The notes beneath the pieces were generated by a model. The model searched no databases and had not been told where the DNA came from. It saw only the letters and a list, made by a program, of their open reading frames with translations. Positions 19,257-28,843 of a DNA stretch of 64,000 bases are shown piece by piece. The stretch is taken from positions 1,990 to 65,989 of the forward strand of contig JANWIW010000030.1 in NCBI GenBank assembly GCA_025449695.1, read 5' to 3'. Position numbers and translations under genes: made by a program. Numbering within the stretch: position 1 is the stretch's first letter; every line of letters starts with the position of its first letter. Origin of the DNA: Minisyncoccota bacterium. GTDB taxonomy: Bacteria > Patescibacteriota > Minisyncoccia > UBA6257 > 2-01-FULL-56-20.

Positions 19257-19435
19257 TCATGCTCTGGCGCGCACTTCCGAATGATGATCGGTATGGTGTT
19301 CGTCTCGCGGCTCGCGAGATATCCTAAGGCGAAACTGAACGTGGCGATAAGAAAGAAGAATCCTCCCAGGATAATGGCCTTTCGATGAGCGGCGTAGTAT
19401 TCGCGGACTCCGGATAACGCGCGTTTTATTGACAT
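19253..19435 (-). CDS. Small single-TM membrane protein
   Basis: Hydrophobic IILGGFFFLIATFSFALGYL segment. Confidence 0.65.
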   Translation of the reverse strand: MSIKRALSGVREYYAAHRKAIILGGFFFLIATFSFALGYLASRETNTIPIIIRKCAPEHD

Positions 19436-19584
19436 AGAAGCCATTCCCGCTTACAATGATGCGGTCGGATAAAGAAACCTTAAAGAGAGTTCATCTAAAG
19501 GAATGGCGACCCTCCTTCGCTCCTGTGGAGCTTCGGAAGGGTGCTCATTTTTCTAGATAAATTCTTGGAAGAATTTAAAGAAAA

Positions 19585-19860
19585 ATGGCACATACAAAAG
19601 CCCTTGGCTCCACTAAGAACGGCCGCGACTCTCGATCCAAGCGTTTGGGCGTGAAGCTTCAGGATGGCCAGCCCGTCGGCGCCGGCCAGATCATCATCCG
19701 CCAGAGGGGCACCCGCTATCTCCCCGGAGATAACGTGGGCCGGGGCGGAGATGATACCCTCTACGCCCTGAAGGCCGGCACCATCGCCTTCTCTACTAGG
19801 ATCAAGACGCGTTTCGACGGCAATCGCCGTACCGCGACCGTGGTCACAGTGGAAACATAG
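19585..19860 (+). CDS. rpmA: 50S ribosomal protein L27
   Basis: [30 protein letters not shown]. Confidence 0.97.
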   Translation: MAHTKALGSTKNGRDSRSKRLGVKLQDGQPVGAGQIIIRQRGTRYLPGDNVGRGGDDTLYALKAGTIAFSTRIKTRFDGNRRTATVVTVET

Positions 19861-19861
19861 C

Positions 19862-19990
19862 TGTCATCTTGAGCGACCGAAGGAAGTCCCTTTAGGGGCG
19901 ACCGCAGGAAGTCCCCGTGGGAGTATTCCGAAGGACCCCGGTGTTACATCGGGGTCCTTCCCCCGCATCAAGTGCGGGGTCAGGATGACA
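19862..19990. repeat. Palindromic REP/MITE-like element
   Basis: TGTCATCTTGA...TCAGGATGACA ends with internal hairpins. Confidence 0.75.
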
Positions 19991-19991
19991 A

Positions 19992-20441
19992 CTATATTTC
20001 CCTGCTCACGCGCACGTTCAGAGTCGCTTCGATACCCTTGTGGAAATTCACCTTTACCTTGTGATCGCCGAATGCTTTGAGAGGATGTTCCAAAGCGATC
20101 TCCACCCGGTCATGAGTGGCGAGTCCTTGTTCGCGCAAAGCCTTTAATATCTGGTCCTTATTGATCGAGCCGAACACGGAACCCTGGTCATCCCCTTTTA
20201 GCGTGAATACAAGGGTCGCAGCCTCCAGGTTGCGGCCGAGCTCGGTCAGTCGCTTCACCGTGGCGCTATCCTCCGTCTCATGGGCCTGCCGTTCCGCCTC
20301 TAGCCTGCGCAGCCGCTCGGCGGTCGCGGGCGCCGCGAAGCCTTGCGGGATCAGGAAATTGCGCGCGTAGCCGTCCGCGATATCCTTAACCTGGTCCTTT
20401 TCGCCTTTGCCGGGAACGCGCTTCAGGAATACGATTTTCAT
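19992..20441 (-). CDS. rplI: 50S ribosomal protein L9
   Basis: ADGYARNFLIPQGFA, VFGSI. Confidence 0.96.
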   Translation of the reverse strand: MKIVFLKRVPGKGEKDQVKDIADGYARNFLIPQGFAAPATAERLRRLEAERQAHETEDSATVKRLTELGRNLEAATLVFTLKGDDQGSVFGSINKDQILKALREQGLATHDRVEIALEHPLKAFGDHKVKVNFHKGIEATLNVRVSREI

Positions 20442-20469
20442 AAGTAATAGTTAAGAGTGAGAAGGGTAT

Positions 20470-20547
20470 TTGTCATTCCCGCCTCCGGGCGGGAATCCAC
20501 TCTTGCGCTGGATCCCGGGTAGCCTGACTGGGCTTCCGGGATGACAA
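20470..20547. repeat. REP-like inverted doublet
   Basis: TTGTCATTCCCG...GGAATCCA..TGGATCCCGG...CGGGATGACAA. Confidence 0.8.
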
Positions 20548-20558
20548 TATCTTTCTGG

Positions 20559-21788
20559 CTAATTTTCATTGGCTATTTCCTCTTTCACGACCTGAATTGC
20601 CTTGTCGAGCTGGGGATCGCGTTCGTTTTTAAGGTCTTCCTCGCTGATCTCTATCTCATGATCAGGCTTCAATCCGGAATCTTCCAATATAGTGCCGGAC
20701 GGCAGGACCCAATGCGCGATGGTGAGCTTGATGACGGAACCGCCACTCAGGTCCATAAACTCCTGCACGGTTCCCTTGCCGAAACTTGTCTGACCGATGA
20801 GCTTCACCTGACGGTTATCCCGCAGGGTGCCCGCCAGGATTTCCGCTGCGGACGCCGAACCTTCGTCGATCAGCACCGCGACCGGGATCTTGGCCAGGGC
20901 TTCATTCCCGCTCGCGCGCAGCGTGTCGAGTACGCCCTCGCGGCCCACCTCCTTCACCACTACCGTGCCGCGCGGCAGAAACCATCCCGCCAGGTTGACC
21001 GCCACCTCCAGGTATCCGCCGGGATTGCCGCGCAGGTCCAGGACCAGCCCTTCAGTGCCCGCATCCGCGGCCTTCCGCATCGCGTTCCAGAACAGCGTCT
21101 CCGCATTGGCGTTGAAGCTGTACAGCTGGACGTAGGCAATGCGGTCCGGCAGCATCTTGAAGTCCAGGGTCGGAGCCTGGATGTTCTCGCGGACGATGCT
21201 GAAGTCCTTGGGTCTCTCCCAGCCATCGCGGAAGATGCTCAACTTGACGGTTGTGCCAAGCACGCCGCGGATAAAGCTCACCGCCTGATCCACCGCCATA
21301 TTATCGGTAGAGGTAGCATCGATCATGAATATCTGGTCGTTCGGTTTGAGGCCCGCGCGTTCCGCGGGGGTGCCCTTAAGCGGCGCGACGATCACGAGCT
21401 GGTCGCGGCGGATGCCGATCTCCGCCCCTATGCCGCTGAAATTGCCGTCCACATCCTCCTCAAAGCTCTTGGCCGCGGCCGGCGTGAAGAACTGCGAATA
21501 GGGATCGCCGAGCGATCGCACCAGGCCGCTCACTGCGCCGTTCACCCTCGCATCAGCGGACACATCCGCGGCACTCAGGTGTTTTTCGTCAATCGTCCGC
21601 CAGGCCTCCCAAAAGATTCCGAAATCAGCGTCCGTGGTCGTGCTTTCAACCCCACTCACCCCTTGGACGGCGATCGTCGCAGGCATCCGCCGGCCGGCGG
21701 ACCAGCCCGCATAAAAGCCGGCGAAGACGAGTAGGAGCGCGGCGAGGACCGCGAGCATCGGCAATGCGTATCGGCGGCCGTTTTGCAT
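20559..21788 (-). CDS. S41 carboxyl-terminal processing protease
   Basis: PDZ domain, DLRGNPGG, SASAAEI, SFGKG. Confidence 0.93.
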   Translation of the reverse strand: MQNGRRYALPMLAVLAALLLVFAGFYAGWSAGRRMPATIAVQGVSGVESTTTDADFGIFWEAWRTIDEKHLSAADVSADARVNGAVSGLVRSLGDPYSQFFTPAAAKSFEEDVDGNFSGIGAEIGIRRDQLVIVAPLKGTPAERAGLKPNDQIFMIDATSTDNMAVDQAVSFIRGVLGTTVKLSIFRDGWERPKDFSIVRENIQAPTLDFKMLPDRIAYVQLYSFNANAETLFWNAMRKAADAGTEGLVLDLRGNPGGYLEVAVNLAGWFLPRGTVVVKEVGREGVLDTLRASGNEALAKIPVAVLIDEGSASAAEILAGTLRDNRQVKLIGQTSFGKGTVQEFMDLSGGSVIKLTIAHWVLPSGTILEDSGLKPDHEIEISEEDLKNERDPQLDKAIQVVKEEIANEN

Positions 21789-21891
21789 GTAGGGAGATTT
21801 TACCAGACCGCCGCGGAATTGAGAACGTCCCGGACCGCCGGCGCGCGAGGCGCCGCTTGGTGATTCGCTCGTTTGAAGCTATCATTTCCTC

Positions 21892-22257
21892 ATGGCGGTC
21901 GGGCTCTCCGGAGACAGTGAGAAGTACATCGCCGAGCTTAAGAAACGCTCCAAAGAGTCGCACGTCCACCGGCAGTTCCAGCTGACGGGACTCGAGATCG
22001 CCGATCTCCTCGGCGACCGGGCCCACAAGTCTCTTTACATCAAGCTGGCCAAGGAACGCAGCGCCCACGAGCTTCTGCGGATTGCGAAGGAGGTCGCGGG
22101 AAAGCAGGATGTGCGGAGGAAGGGGGCTTATTTCATGGCTATCGTCACCGGAACCGCGAAACCGGCCGGCCAGAAGGAAATCTTCCGATCCAAGCCGGCG
22201 AGATCCCTTCTTCGTACTAAAAGAAATGGCGGCAAATCCCGAAAGAACCCATCCTGA
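21892..22257 (+). CDS. Hypothetical basic protein
   Basis: ATG ORF co-oriented with and overlapping def. Confidence 0.65.
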   Translation: MAVGLSGDSEKYIAELKKRSKESHVHRQFQLTGLEIADLLGDRAHKSLYIKLAKERSAHELLRIAKEVAGKQDVRRKGAYFMAIVTGTAKPAGQKEIFRSKPARSLLRTKRNGGKSRKNPS

Positions 22258-22777
22258 GATCTGGATCGAGGGGCTCGCAGCCGAGAGGAAGCGGCTGCGC
22301 TCGGTCGCGAAGCCTTTCGATTTTTCCTCCATGCCCTATAAAGAGTTGGCGGCGCTCATTCGGCGCATGCGCAAGATTATGCGCGAGGCGAACGGCGTCG
22401 GCCTCGCCGCGAACCAGATCGGGCTGCCCCACCGTCTTTTCGTGGCGGAAGTGCCCGTGAACGACGGCACTAAGTTCTACTCGGTGATAAATCCAGCCAT
22501 AGAGAAGATGAGTACCGAGAAGGCCACTATTGAGGAAGGGTGCCTTAGCGTGCCCGGCATATGGGGTGATGCTCCGCGCGCCGAGAGAGTGACCCTCGTG
22601 GGACAGGATCTGCGCGGTAAGTCTCTTAAAATCAAAGCTTGGGGCCTTCTCGCCCGCGTCTTCCAGCACGAGACCGATCATCTGGACGGAAAGCTCTTCA
22701 TAGACAAGGCCAAGAACCTGCATCGCGCGGAAAAAGACAATTCTGAGCCGGTACAGGATGCCAAAAATAATCAGTAA
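22226..22777 (+). CDS. def: Peptide deformylase
   Basis: GVGLAANQIG, EGCLSVP, QHETDHLDG. Confidence 0.96.
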   Translation: MAANPERTHPEIWIEGLAAERKRLRSVAKPFDFSSMPYKELAALIRRMRKIMREANGVGLAANQIGLPHRLFVAEVPVNDGTKFYSVINPAIEKMSTEKATIEEGCLSVPGIWGDAPRAERVTLVGQDLRGKSLKIKAWGLLARVFQHETDHLDGKLFIDKAKNLHRAEKDNSEPVQDAKNNQ

Positions 22778-22846
22778 ACAGTCATTGGTAATCAAGAAGG
22801 CACCCATGGGTCCTGTTTGCTCATTACTAACTTCCAGTTACTCCCT

Positions 22847-23707
22847 ATGAAATTCGTCTTTTTCGGCTCGCCTGCGTTCGCCGCGCTCACTCTCCAGGGT
22901 ATCCTGGACCGGGGCTTGGTGCCGGACATACTAGTCTCGAACCCCGACCGGCCGGTTGGCAGAAAGCAGGTGGTGACTCCACCGCCAACCAAAGAAGCTA
23001 TTGCGGCGAGAAACCTGACCGGTCAAGTCAAAGTGTTCCAACCGGAAGATCTGAGATCAGTAAGCTCGCAGCTCACCGCCCTCTCGCCGGACCTCTTTGT
23101 GGTCGCTGCATATGCGAATATCATCCCTCAGGCGGTGTTGGATATCCCCCGCCTGGGCACGCTGGGGGTCCATCCCTCTCTGCTTCCGAAATACCGGGGC
23201 GCGTCCCCCATCCAATCGGCCATATTGAACGGCGAACAGGAGACCGGAGTGAGTATTTACCTCCTCCAAAAAGGCGTGGATGACGGCCCCGTCCTTGCCA
23301 AAGAGCGCCTTGCGATCGGCCCGGACGAGACCTTTTCCGAGCTCTTGCCCCGTCTCGCGGAACTTGGCGGCAGGATGCTTGCCGGGCTTATACCCGCGTT
23401 CCTCTCCGGAACCGCGGTACCGGTACCTCAGGACCATGCCCAGGCGACGCTCACGAAGAAGTTCACCGGGGCGGACGGGTTCGTGCCCTTGCCCGAGCTT
23501 CAGGCAGCCATAAAGGGCGGTGCCGCCTTCGCCCGTCCCATCTACAACAAGATACGCGCGCTGGCCTCCGAGCCGGGCGTGTGGACCGACCGCGGGGGAA
23601 AACGCATCAAAGTTCTCGAAGCGCGGCTCGAGGATGGAAAGCTCGTACCTCTCCGCATCCAGCGCGAAGGCAAACTGCAGGAACCGTTCCGTCCGGGCGT
23701 GCTTTGA
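22847..23707 (+). CDS. fmt: Methionyl-tRNA formyltransferase
   Basis: FFGSPAFA, PDRPVGR, HPSLLPKYRGASPIQ. Confidence 0.95.
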   Translation: MKFVFFGSPAFAALTLQGILDRGLVPDILVSNPDRPVGRKQVVTPPPTKEAIAARNLTGQVKVFQPEDLRSVSSQLTALSPDLFVVAAYANIIPQAVLDIPRLGTLGVHPSLLPKYRGASPIQSAILNGEQETGVSIYLLQKGVDDGPVLAKERLAIGPDETFSELLPRLAELGGRMLAGLIPAFLSGTAVPVPQDHAQATLTKKFTGADGFVPLPELQAAIKGGAAFARPIYNKIRALASEPGVWTDRGGKRIKVLEARLEDGKLVPLRIQREGKLQEPFRPGVL

Positions 23708-23724
23708 TATACCGTTGGAGCCCT

Positions 23725-23823
23725 TTATATAAAAAGGGACGTCCCGATCATTCCTATGAGGAGCGCGAGGACCACGATCGCCACGAAGATGCTCTTCCAA
23801 GCGGAGGTTTTATTCTTGGCCAT
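23725..23823 (-). CDS. 32-aa single-TM small protein
   Basis: MAKNKTSAWKSIFVAIVVLALLIGMIGTSLFI*; TATAAT 7 nt upstream of the ATG. Confidence 0.6.
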   Translation of the reverse strand: MAKNKTSAWKSIFVAIVVLALLIGMIGTSLFI

Positions 23824-23962
23824 GCCGGTCATTATACGGAAATCGGCGGGCCTCCTCAAGGAGGCTGAGGAATGATACCCTTTTGTCATCCTGCTGTGCC
23901 CTCCGTAGCTTTAGCGAAGGAGGGAGTCTGCAGGAGCGGGCAAAGGAGCTTGTCCGCTCACT

Positions 23963-24033
23963 TGGGGGATCGTCTAACGGTAGGACAGCGGCCTTTGGAG
24001 CCGTGAATCGGGGTTCGAATCCCTGTCCCCCAG
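23963..24033 (+). tRNA. tRNA-Gln(TTG)
   Basis: Acceptor stem TGGGGGA/TCCCCCA, anticodon loop CTTTGGA, GGTTCGAATCC; CCA not encoded. Confidence 0.97.
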
Positions 24034-24184
24034 CATTAGCTGTTGGCTTAGCGAGTACCCGAGCTTAGCAACCCTTATGCCCCGCCGAAGCTCGTCGGAG
24101 CGAAGGAGGGCCACCTTGAGCATAGTTCTGGGCGTCCGAGGAGGGTTGAAAGGTCCGATGTAATATATAATTAAGTTACTAGCT

Positions 24185-24562
24185 ATGGGAACATTTATCG
24201 AAACGAACGACACTCTGCAAATTACAAAAGAGCAAGGGTTCCCTGCCGAACTCGATTTGGATACTCACCTTAAAAATCCTTTCACGGTAAAAGATTTTGA
24301 AGGGAAAATCTTCGCTTTCAAAGACAAGCCCAATATAAGAGTTTATCAGCAACCGCCGGTCAGAAACTTTTTAGTAGAAAATAGAAATGACAAGTGGATA
24401 TATTGGGGCTTGATTCACATGTTGGAAGTTAACCATGACTATGGGGAAAAGGTGACTAGCGGCAAGTTTCGCATAATTTATATAAATACCCCAGAGGAAA
24501 TGAAAGTGGCGCATAGAATCACCGATCGACGTCCTGAAGCAGATTTCTTTGGGCATGACTAA
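24185..24562 (+). CDS. Hypothetical protein
   Basis: 125-aa ATG ORF, AT-rich. Confidence 0.75.
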   Translation: MGTFIETNDTLQITKEQGFPAELDLDTHLKNPFTVKDFEGKIFAFKDKPNIRVYQQPPVRNFLVENRNDKWIYWGLIHMLEVNHDYGEKVTSGKFRIIYINTPEEMKVAHRITDRRPEADFFGHD

Positions 24563-24580
24563 AGAGAAAAATGATCTGTT

Positions 24581-25255
24581 ATGCCAACAAACTTTTACGA
24601 TAGCGATGACTTTAAAAATATCGACTTCAAACCCTTAAATCCGTTGTATTATCCGACGGAGTACCAGCGCTACATCAAAGAAGAGACCGACCTCATTAAG
24701 CAACACATCAACGGCAAAACAGCACTTGAGGCTGGGGTCGGTATCGGCAGATTGATTCCCGATCTTGCCCCTATCGCAAAAGAGTTCGTCGGCATAGACA
24801 ACGCCGATCTCATGCTCCAGAATTCTAAAGAGCGAGCGGAAGGCTTCTCAAACGTCCGCCTTGTGAAAGGCGATCTTGAGAATCTTTCACACTTATTCCC
24901 GTCTAAATATTTCGATGTCAGCCTCTGTGTCTGGAATACTCTCGGCAACGTGAAAGATGAAGTCGTTGTGCTATCCGAACTCGCCAAAGTTACCAAGGAA
25001 AGAATTCTGGTTTCGGTACATCTAAAAGGCGCCTTAGAACAGAGGAAGAATTGGTATAAAACAGTTGGCCTTTCCATGGATGGAGTGGATGAGAAAAACG
25101 AGATTTTCTACAACACTAAGTCGGGACTCCGGTCGAAGGCGTATAGCCTTGAGGAGATCGAAGCTATTTCTAAAAACGCAGGGCTGGTCGTTGCAGATCA
25201 CAAGATCTTGGCTGGCGTTGTTCTTTGGGTTGAAATTGAAAGCTTGCCCAAGTGA
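24581..25255 (+). CDS. Class I SAM-dependent methyltransferase
   Basis: LEAGVGIGR, GIDN..ML, FDV. Confidence 0.85.
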   Translation: MPTNFYDSDDFKNIDFKPLNPLYYPTEYQRYIKEETDLIKQHINGKTALEAGVGIGRLIPDLAPIAKEFVGIDNADLMLQNSKERAEGFSNVRLVKGDLENLSHLFPSKYFDVSLCVWNTLGNVKDEVVVLSELAKVTKERILVSVHLKGALEQRKNWYKTVGLSMDGVDEKNEIFYNTKSGLRSKAYSLEEIEAISKNAGLVVADHKILAGVVLWVEIESLPK

Positions 25256-25326
25256 AACATGAGAACGAGCTATACTTATCCTATGAAGAAAAGAGTAAAA
25301 ACCCTCCGGCGACTCACTAAAATGAC

Positions 25327-25420
25327 CCGTCCGAGGAGCCTCTTTCTGGTAAGATGAACTAACCCTCTGGGAGCCTTGCGGGGTAAGGGTTTTCAGAAGT
25401 ACGAGACCGGGAAGGCCAGC
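25327..25420. repeat. 94-bp dispersed repeat, copy A (probable decayed coding fragment)
   Basis: 68/94 ungapped identity to 26947..27040. Confidence 0.75.
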
Positions 25421-25448
25421 AGCAGCGAGATGGAGTAGAATCATATAT

Positions 25449-26135
25449 ATGAACTTGGAAAACAAGGTTGTTGTTATAACGGGAGGCAGCGAGGGTTTCG
25501 GTAAATCTCTCGCGAGAATGTTTTCCCACGAAAAATCCCGCCTAATAATTGCGGGCCATGAGCAGGCTAAGCTGGAGGATGCAGCAAAAGAGTTGGGAGC
25601 AGATTATCTACTGATTGACGTTACCCGTCCACAAGAGCTCAATAATTTGGCGGCATACGTTTCTGAAAAATATGGAACGATAGATATTTGGATAAACAAT
25701 GCCGGGATTCAGATTGCGCCCAGCATGGTGGAAAACGTAGATATTGAAAAACTACACCACTTATTCGAGGTTAATTTTTTCGGCTATTTTTACGGCTGTC
25801 AAAGCGCAATTCGGTGCATGAAAAAGCAGTCTCACGGATTAATAGTCAACGTGAACTCCACCGCAGGACTTGATGGCAAATCTGGACTTTCCGCTTATTC
25901 TTCTTCGAAATTCGCAACTAAGGGATTGACCGAATCTCTGCGGAAAGAGGTCGTCGATACACACATTCAAGTCTTTGCTGTATATCCCGGAGGAATGCAG
26001 ACGAACATCTACAAAGAAAAGTATCCGGACGACCTGAAAAACTATATGCTAACGGATGATGTTGCGAAAAAGGTGGTAGATAATCTCAAGATAGATCATC
26101 CCGAAAAGGACCTTATCCTTAAGCGGTCGGCGTGA
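25449..26135 (+). CDS. SDR family oxidoreductase
   Basis: TGGSEGFG, NNAG, YSSSK. Confidence 0.92.
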   Translation: MNLENKVVVITGGSEGFGKSLARMFSHEKSRLIIAGHEQAKLEDAAKELGADYLLIDVTRPQELNNLAAYVSEKYGTIDIWINNAGIQIAPSMVENVDIEKLHHLFEVNFFGYFYGCQSAIRCMKKQSHGLIVNVNSTAGLDGKSGLSAYSSSKFATKGLTESLRKEVVDTHIQVFAVYPGGMQTNIYKEKYPDDLKNYMLTDDVAKKVVDNLKIDHPEKDLILKRSA

Positions 26136-26173
26136 ATAAGGTTGGGCTAGATCCAAGAATCGTTCCGGTCACG

Positions 26174-26261
26174 TCCCACCTGCCCAGTCGATTACAGAAT
26201 CTAACCCGCTTTGCGGGTAGGATTCTGTTGAGTCCTGCGCTGCGCCCTTCGAAGCTTTACG
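26174..26261. repeat. att-like site 1 plus hairpin (88-bp direct repeat)
   Basis: TCCCACCTGCCCAG followed by the ACAGAATC..GATTCTGT hairpin; near-identical to 27928..28015. Confidence 0.85.
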
Positions 26262-26340
26262 ATACCCCGCGAAGCTCGAAGAGCAAAGTGGGGCTACCTT
26301 GTGCATAGTATCGAGTGACCGAGACGCGTCAGTTCTCCCC

Positions 26341-26817
26341 TCAGCCCCGCCGCGCCGCCTCAATAGCAGCAACGTCGATTTTTGTCATTGTCATCATCGC
26401 TTCAAAGGCACGCTTTGCTTCTGCGCCGCCAACCGCAAGTGCGTCGATCAGCGTACGCGGCGTGATCTGCCATGATACTCCCCAGCGGTCTTTGCACCAG
26501 CCACATTGGCTTTCCTGACCTCCATTCCCGACGATCGCGTTCCAATAGCGATCTGTTTCTTCCTGATTGTCCGTCGCGATCTGAAAGGAAAATGCCTCAC
26601 TTTGTTTGAACGCTGGTCCACCGTTCAGACCAATACAAGGGATTCCAAAGACCGTGAACTCTACCGTGAGCACGTCGCCTTCCTTGCCATCCGGAAAATC
26701 ACTGGGCGCATGATTAACAGCCGTTACTTTACTATCGGGAAAAGTAGCGGCGTAAAAGTTTGCTGCGTTTTCTGCATCCTTGTCGAACCAGAGGCAAATT
26801 GTATTTTTTGGTTGCAT
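26341..26817 (-). CDS. VOC/PhnB-like (3-demethylubiquinone-9 methyltransferase family) protein
   Basis: CLWF..AE.AA.FY, LNGGP, CGWCKDRWGVSWQI. Confidence 0.9.
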   Translation of the reverse strand: MQPKNTICLWFDKDAENAANFYAATFPDSKVTAVNHAPSDFPDGKEGDVLTVEFTVFGIPCIGLNGGPAFKQSEAFSFQIATDNQEETDRYWNAIVGNGGQESQCGWCKDRWGVSWQITPRTLIDALAVGGAEAKRAFEAMMTMTKIDVAAIEAARRG

Positions 26818-26946
26818 GTTATTTTGTATCATTATTTTACCGCGCTTCGGGAGATTTGCAAACTAAGTAAAAGTATCTCATTGATCCCCGGCCGGGACGG
26901 GTCAACTCTCCCCTGCCGGTAGCGAGAGTATACCGCCATTTAGCAT

Positions 26947-27040
26947 CCGTCCGAGGAACCTAGTTCTGGTAAACTTACAGAATCCTTCGGGAGACTTACG
27001 GGGTAATGATTTTACAAAATCCGCGATCGAGAAAGCCACC
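26947..27040. repeat. 94-bp dispersed repeat, copy B
   Basis: Homologous to 25327..25420. Confidence 0.75.
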
Positions 27041-27049
27041 ACTATAACC

Positions 27050-27913
27050 ATGAACCAGAAGATTCTAAAAAGCGGATTCTATCTTCCTGAAATTGGCTTA
27101 GGAACCGGAGGTGATCCCTCAAAAGCTGTCGGTTATGAAGAGCGGAAAAAAGCGCTTCAGATCGCACTTGATATGGGATACCGGCATATTGATTGCGCAG
27201 CGACATACTCCAATGGAGGGGTAGAAAAGTTCGTTGGGGAGGCCATTAAGCGCATTGATCGTTCGGAATTAATCCTTTCAACAAAAGTTTCTCCGCTCAA
27301 TCTTGCTTATGATGACCTAATTGAATCAGTGCAATTAAGCTTGGGTCGTTTAGGAGCAAGTTACGTCGATTTGTTGTACATCCATGCTCCTAATATGGAT
27401 ATTCCCTTATCCGAAACCATGCGAGCTATGGATACCGTGATAGATAATGGGATGGCAAAGCACCTGGCCGTGAGTAATTTCAACGTCGACCTTCTCATCA
27501 AAGCACAGTCGTTTACCAAGAATAAAATTGTCGCGAATCAGATCGAGTATAATCTTGCGACTCGTGAAAAAAGTCATTGCGAGGGGTGTGACAGTATGGA
27601 ATCGAAAATAATTCCATTCTGCCAGGAAAATGACATTCTCGTGGTCGCGTATCGACCCGTTGATCGAGGCTCTATCCTTGAACCCAACCAATTACTCGAT
27701 ACCTTGTCAAAAAAGTATGGGAAAACGAGAGCACAAATCGCCTTGAATTGGCTGATTTCACAAGACAACATCGTTACCATTCCACGCTCGGATGCATTCG
27801 CCCATCTTAGGGAAAACCTTGACGCAAGTGGTTGGTATTTAGACAAAGCAGACGTCGAACTCCTTAGAAGGGAGTATCCGCTTAGAGAGATTAAGTCCTA
27901 CCGTTATTATTAA
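27050..27913 (+). CDS. Aldo/keto reductase
   Basis: IGLGT, IDCAATY, STK, VSNF, NQIEY, AQIALNWL. Confidence 0.92.
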   Translation: MNQKILKSGFYLPEIGLGTGGDPSKAVGYEERKKALQIALDMGYRHIDCAATYSNGGVEKFVGEAIKRIDRSELILSTKVSPLNLAYDDLIESVQLSLGRLGASYVDLLYIHAPNMDIPLSETMRAMDTVIDNGMAKHLAVSNFNVDLLIKAQSFTKNKIVANQIEYNLATREKSHCEGCDSMESKIIPFCQENDILVVAYRPVDRGSILEPNQLLDTLSKKYGKTRAQIALNWLISQDNIVTIPRSDAFAHLRENLDASGWYLDKADVELLRREYPLREIKSYRYY

Positions 27914-27927
27914 GCTCACGAATCGCG

Positions 27928-28015
27928 TCCCACCTGCTCAGCCGATTACAGAATCTTACCCGCACAGCGGATTAGATTCTGTTGAGTCCTGCGCTGCGCC
28001 CTTCGAAGCTTTACG
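27928..28015. repeat. att-like site 2 plus hairpin
   Basis: TCCCACCTGCTCAG followed by the same hairpin block as 26174..26261. Confidence 0.85.
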
Positions 28016-28086
28016 GCGTCCAGCGTAGCTTGAGCGGAATTGAAGCGAAGAAGGGAAGCCTTGGCGAAGTGGGTCAGCAAAGAGAA

Positions 28087-28674
28087 TTAGCTGATCCCAA
28101 CGAGATAATATCTCCTTGTTCCCTCATTGGTCACCTGAACAGTAAATCCCTGTTCTGAAAATAGTCTCGATAAATTATCTGGGGAATAAAATACACTTCC
28201 CATTTTTAGGAACTTTTCCATGCGGACTATCACCCTCCCTCCAAAAGTTAAAGGGTTAAATTCCTCTACAATTACTGCACCTCCATACTTCAGAACCCTC
28301 TTGATTTCCTGAGCACATTGAACTTGATTCGGCAAATGATGGAACACATCTACCATAATAATTTTATCTATTGAGTTGTCGGCAAAAGGTAACTTTTCGG
28401 CAGTTCCGATCAGGCAGGCAATTCCATTGTGCTTGCGGCATTGCTCGATCATTTTCTCTGATGGATCGACCACCGTAACTTTCTTTACCTTCCCTGTTAA
28501 AAACTTGGCTACTCTGCCCGTACCGCCTCCTACATCAACAACTTCATCTTCAACGCTAAACTCTACGACAGAAGTAAGTTTCCTAAAAGTAGCTTTTGCT
28601 CCGATATGAACCTTCTCATATATCGGCGCAAGAACGTCAAAATAGTTGGGCACACCCCTAATGATATACTTCAA
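28087..28674 (-). CDS. Class I SAM-dependent methyltransferase
   Basis: DVGGGTG, AEKLPFAD, EIKRVLK.GG. Confidence 0.88.
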   Translation of the reverse strand: MKYIIRGVPNYFDVLAPIYEKVHIGAKATFRKLTSVVEFSVEDEVVDVGGGTGRVAKFLTGKVKKVTVVDPSEKMIEQCRKHNGIACLIGTAEKLPFADNSIDKIIMVDVFHHLPNQVQCAQEIKRVLKYGGAVIVEEFNPLTFGGRVIVRMEKFLKMGSVFYSPDNLSRLFSEQGFTVQVTNEGTRRYYLVGIS

Positions 28675-28694
28675 CGATCACGGTTCCAATCGCA

Positions 28695-28708
28695 TCCCAC
28701 CTGCCCGG
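28695..28708. repeat. att-like site 3
   Basis: TCCCACCTGCCCGG, preceded by GTTCCAATCGCA. Confidence 0.7.
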
Positions 28709-28843
28709 CATTAGTGAAAGTAAGTCGGGTTTCCGTTCTTTTGCGGGCTCCGCAAGCAAGGATTTGAATAATAATCCTCCCCTTACGAACAGGAAGGACC
28801 TCGACCGAAGTCGAGGCCCCACATGCTTTGCCGCTGTGGATTG

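Noticed and set aside
23974-24213. 79-aa ORF ending MLGDRDSNPDSRLQRPLSYR
   Set aside because: Antisense read-through of the tRNA and adjacent repeats, not a gene.
26880-26925. Fifth att-like or tRNA fragment (GGGTCAACTCTCCCCTGCCGGTAG)
   Set aside because: The resemblance to a tRNA 3' half or to the 14-bp site is too weak to support.
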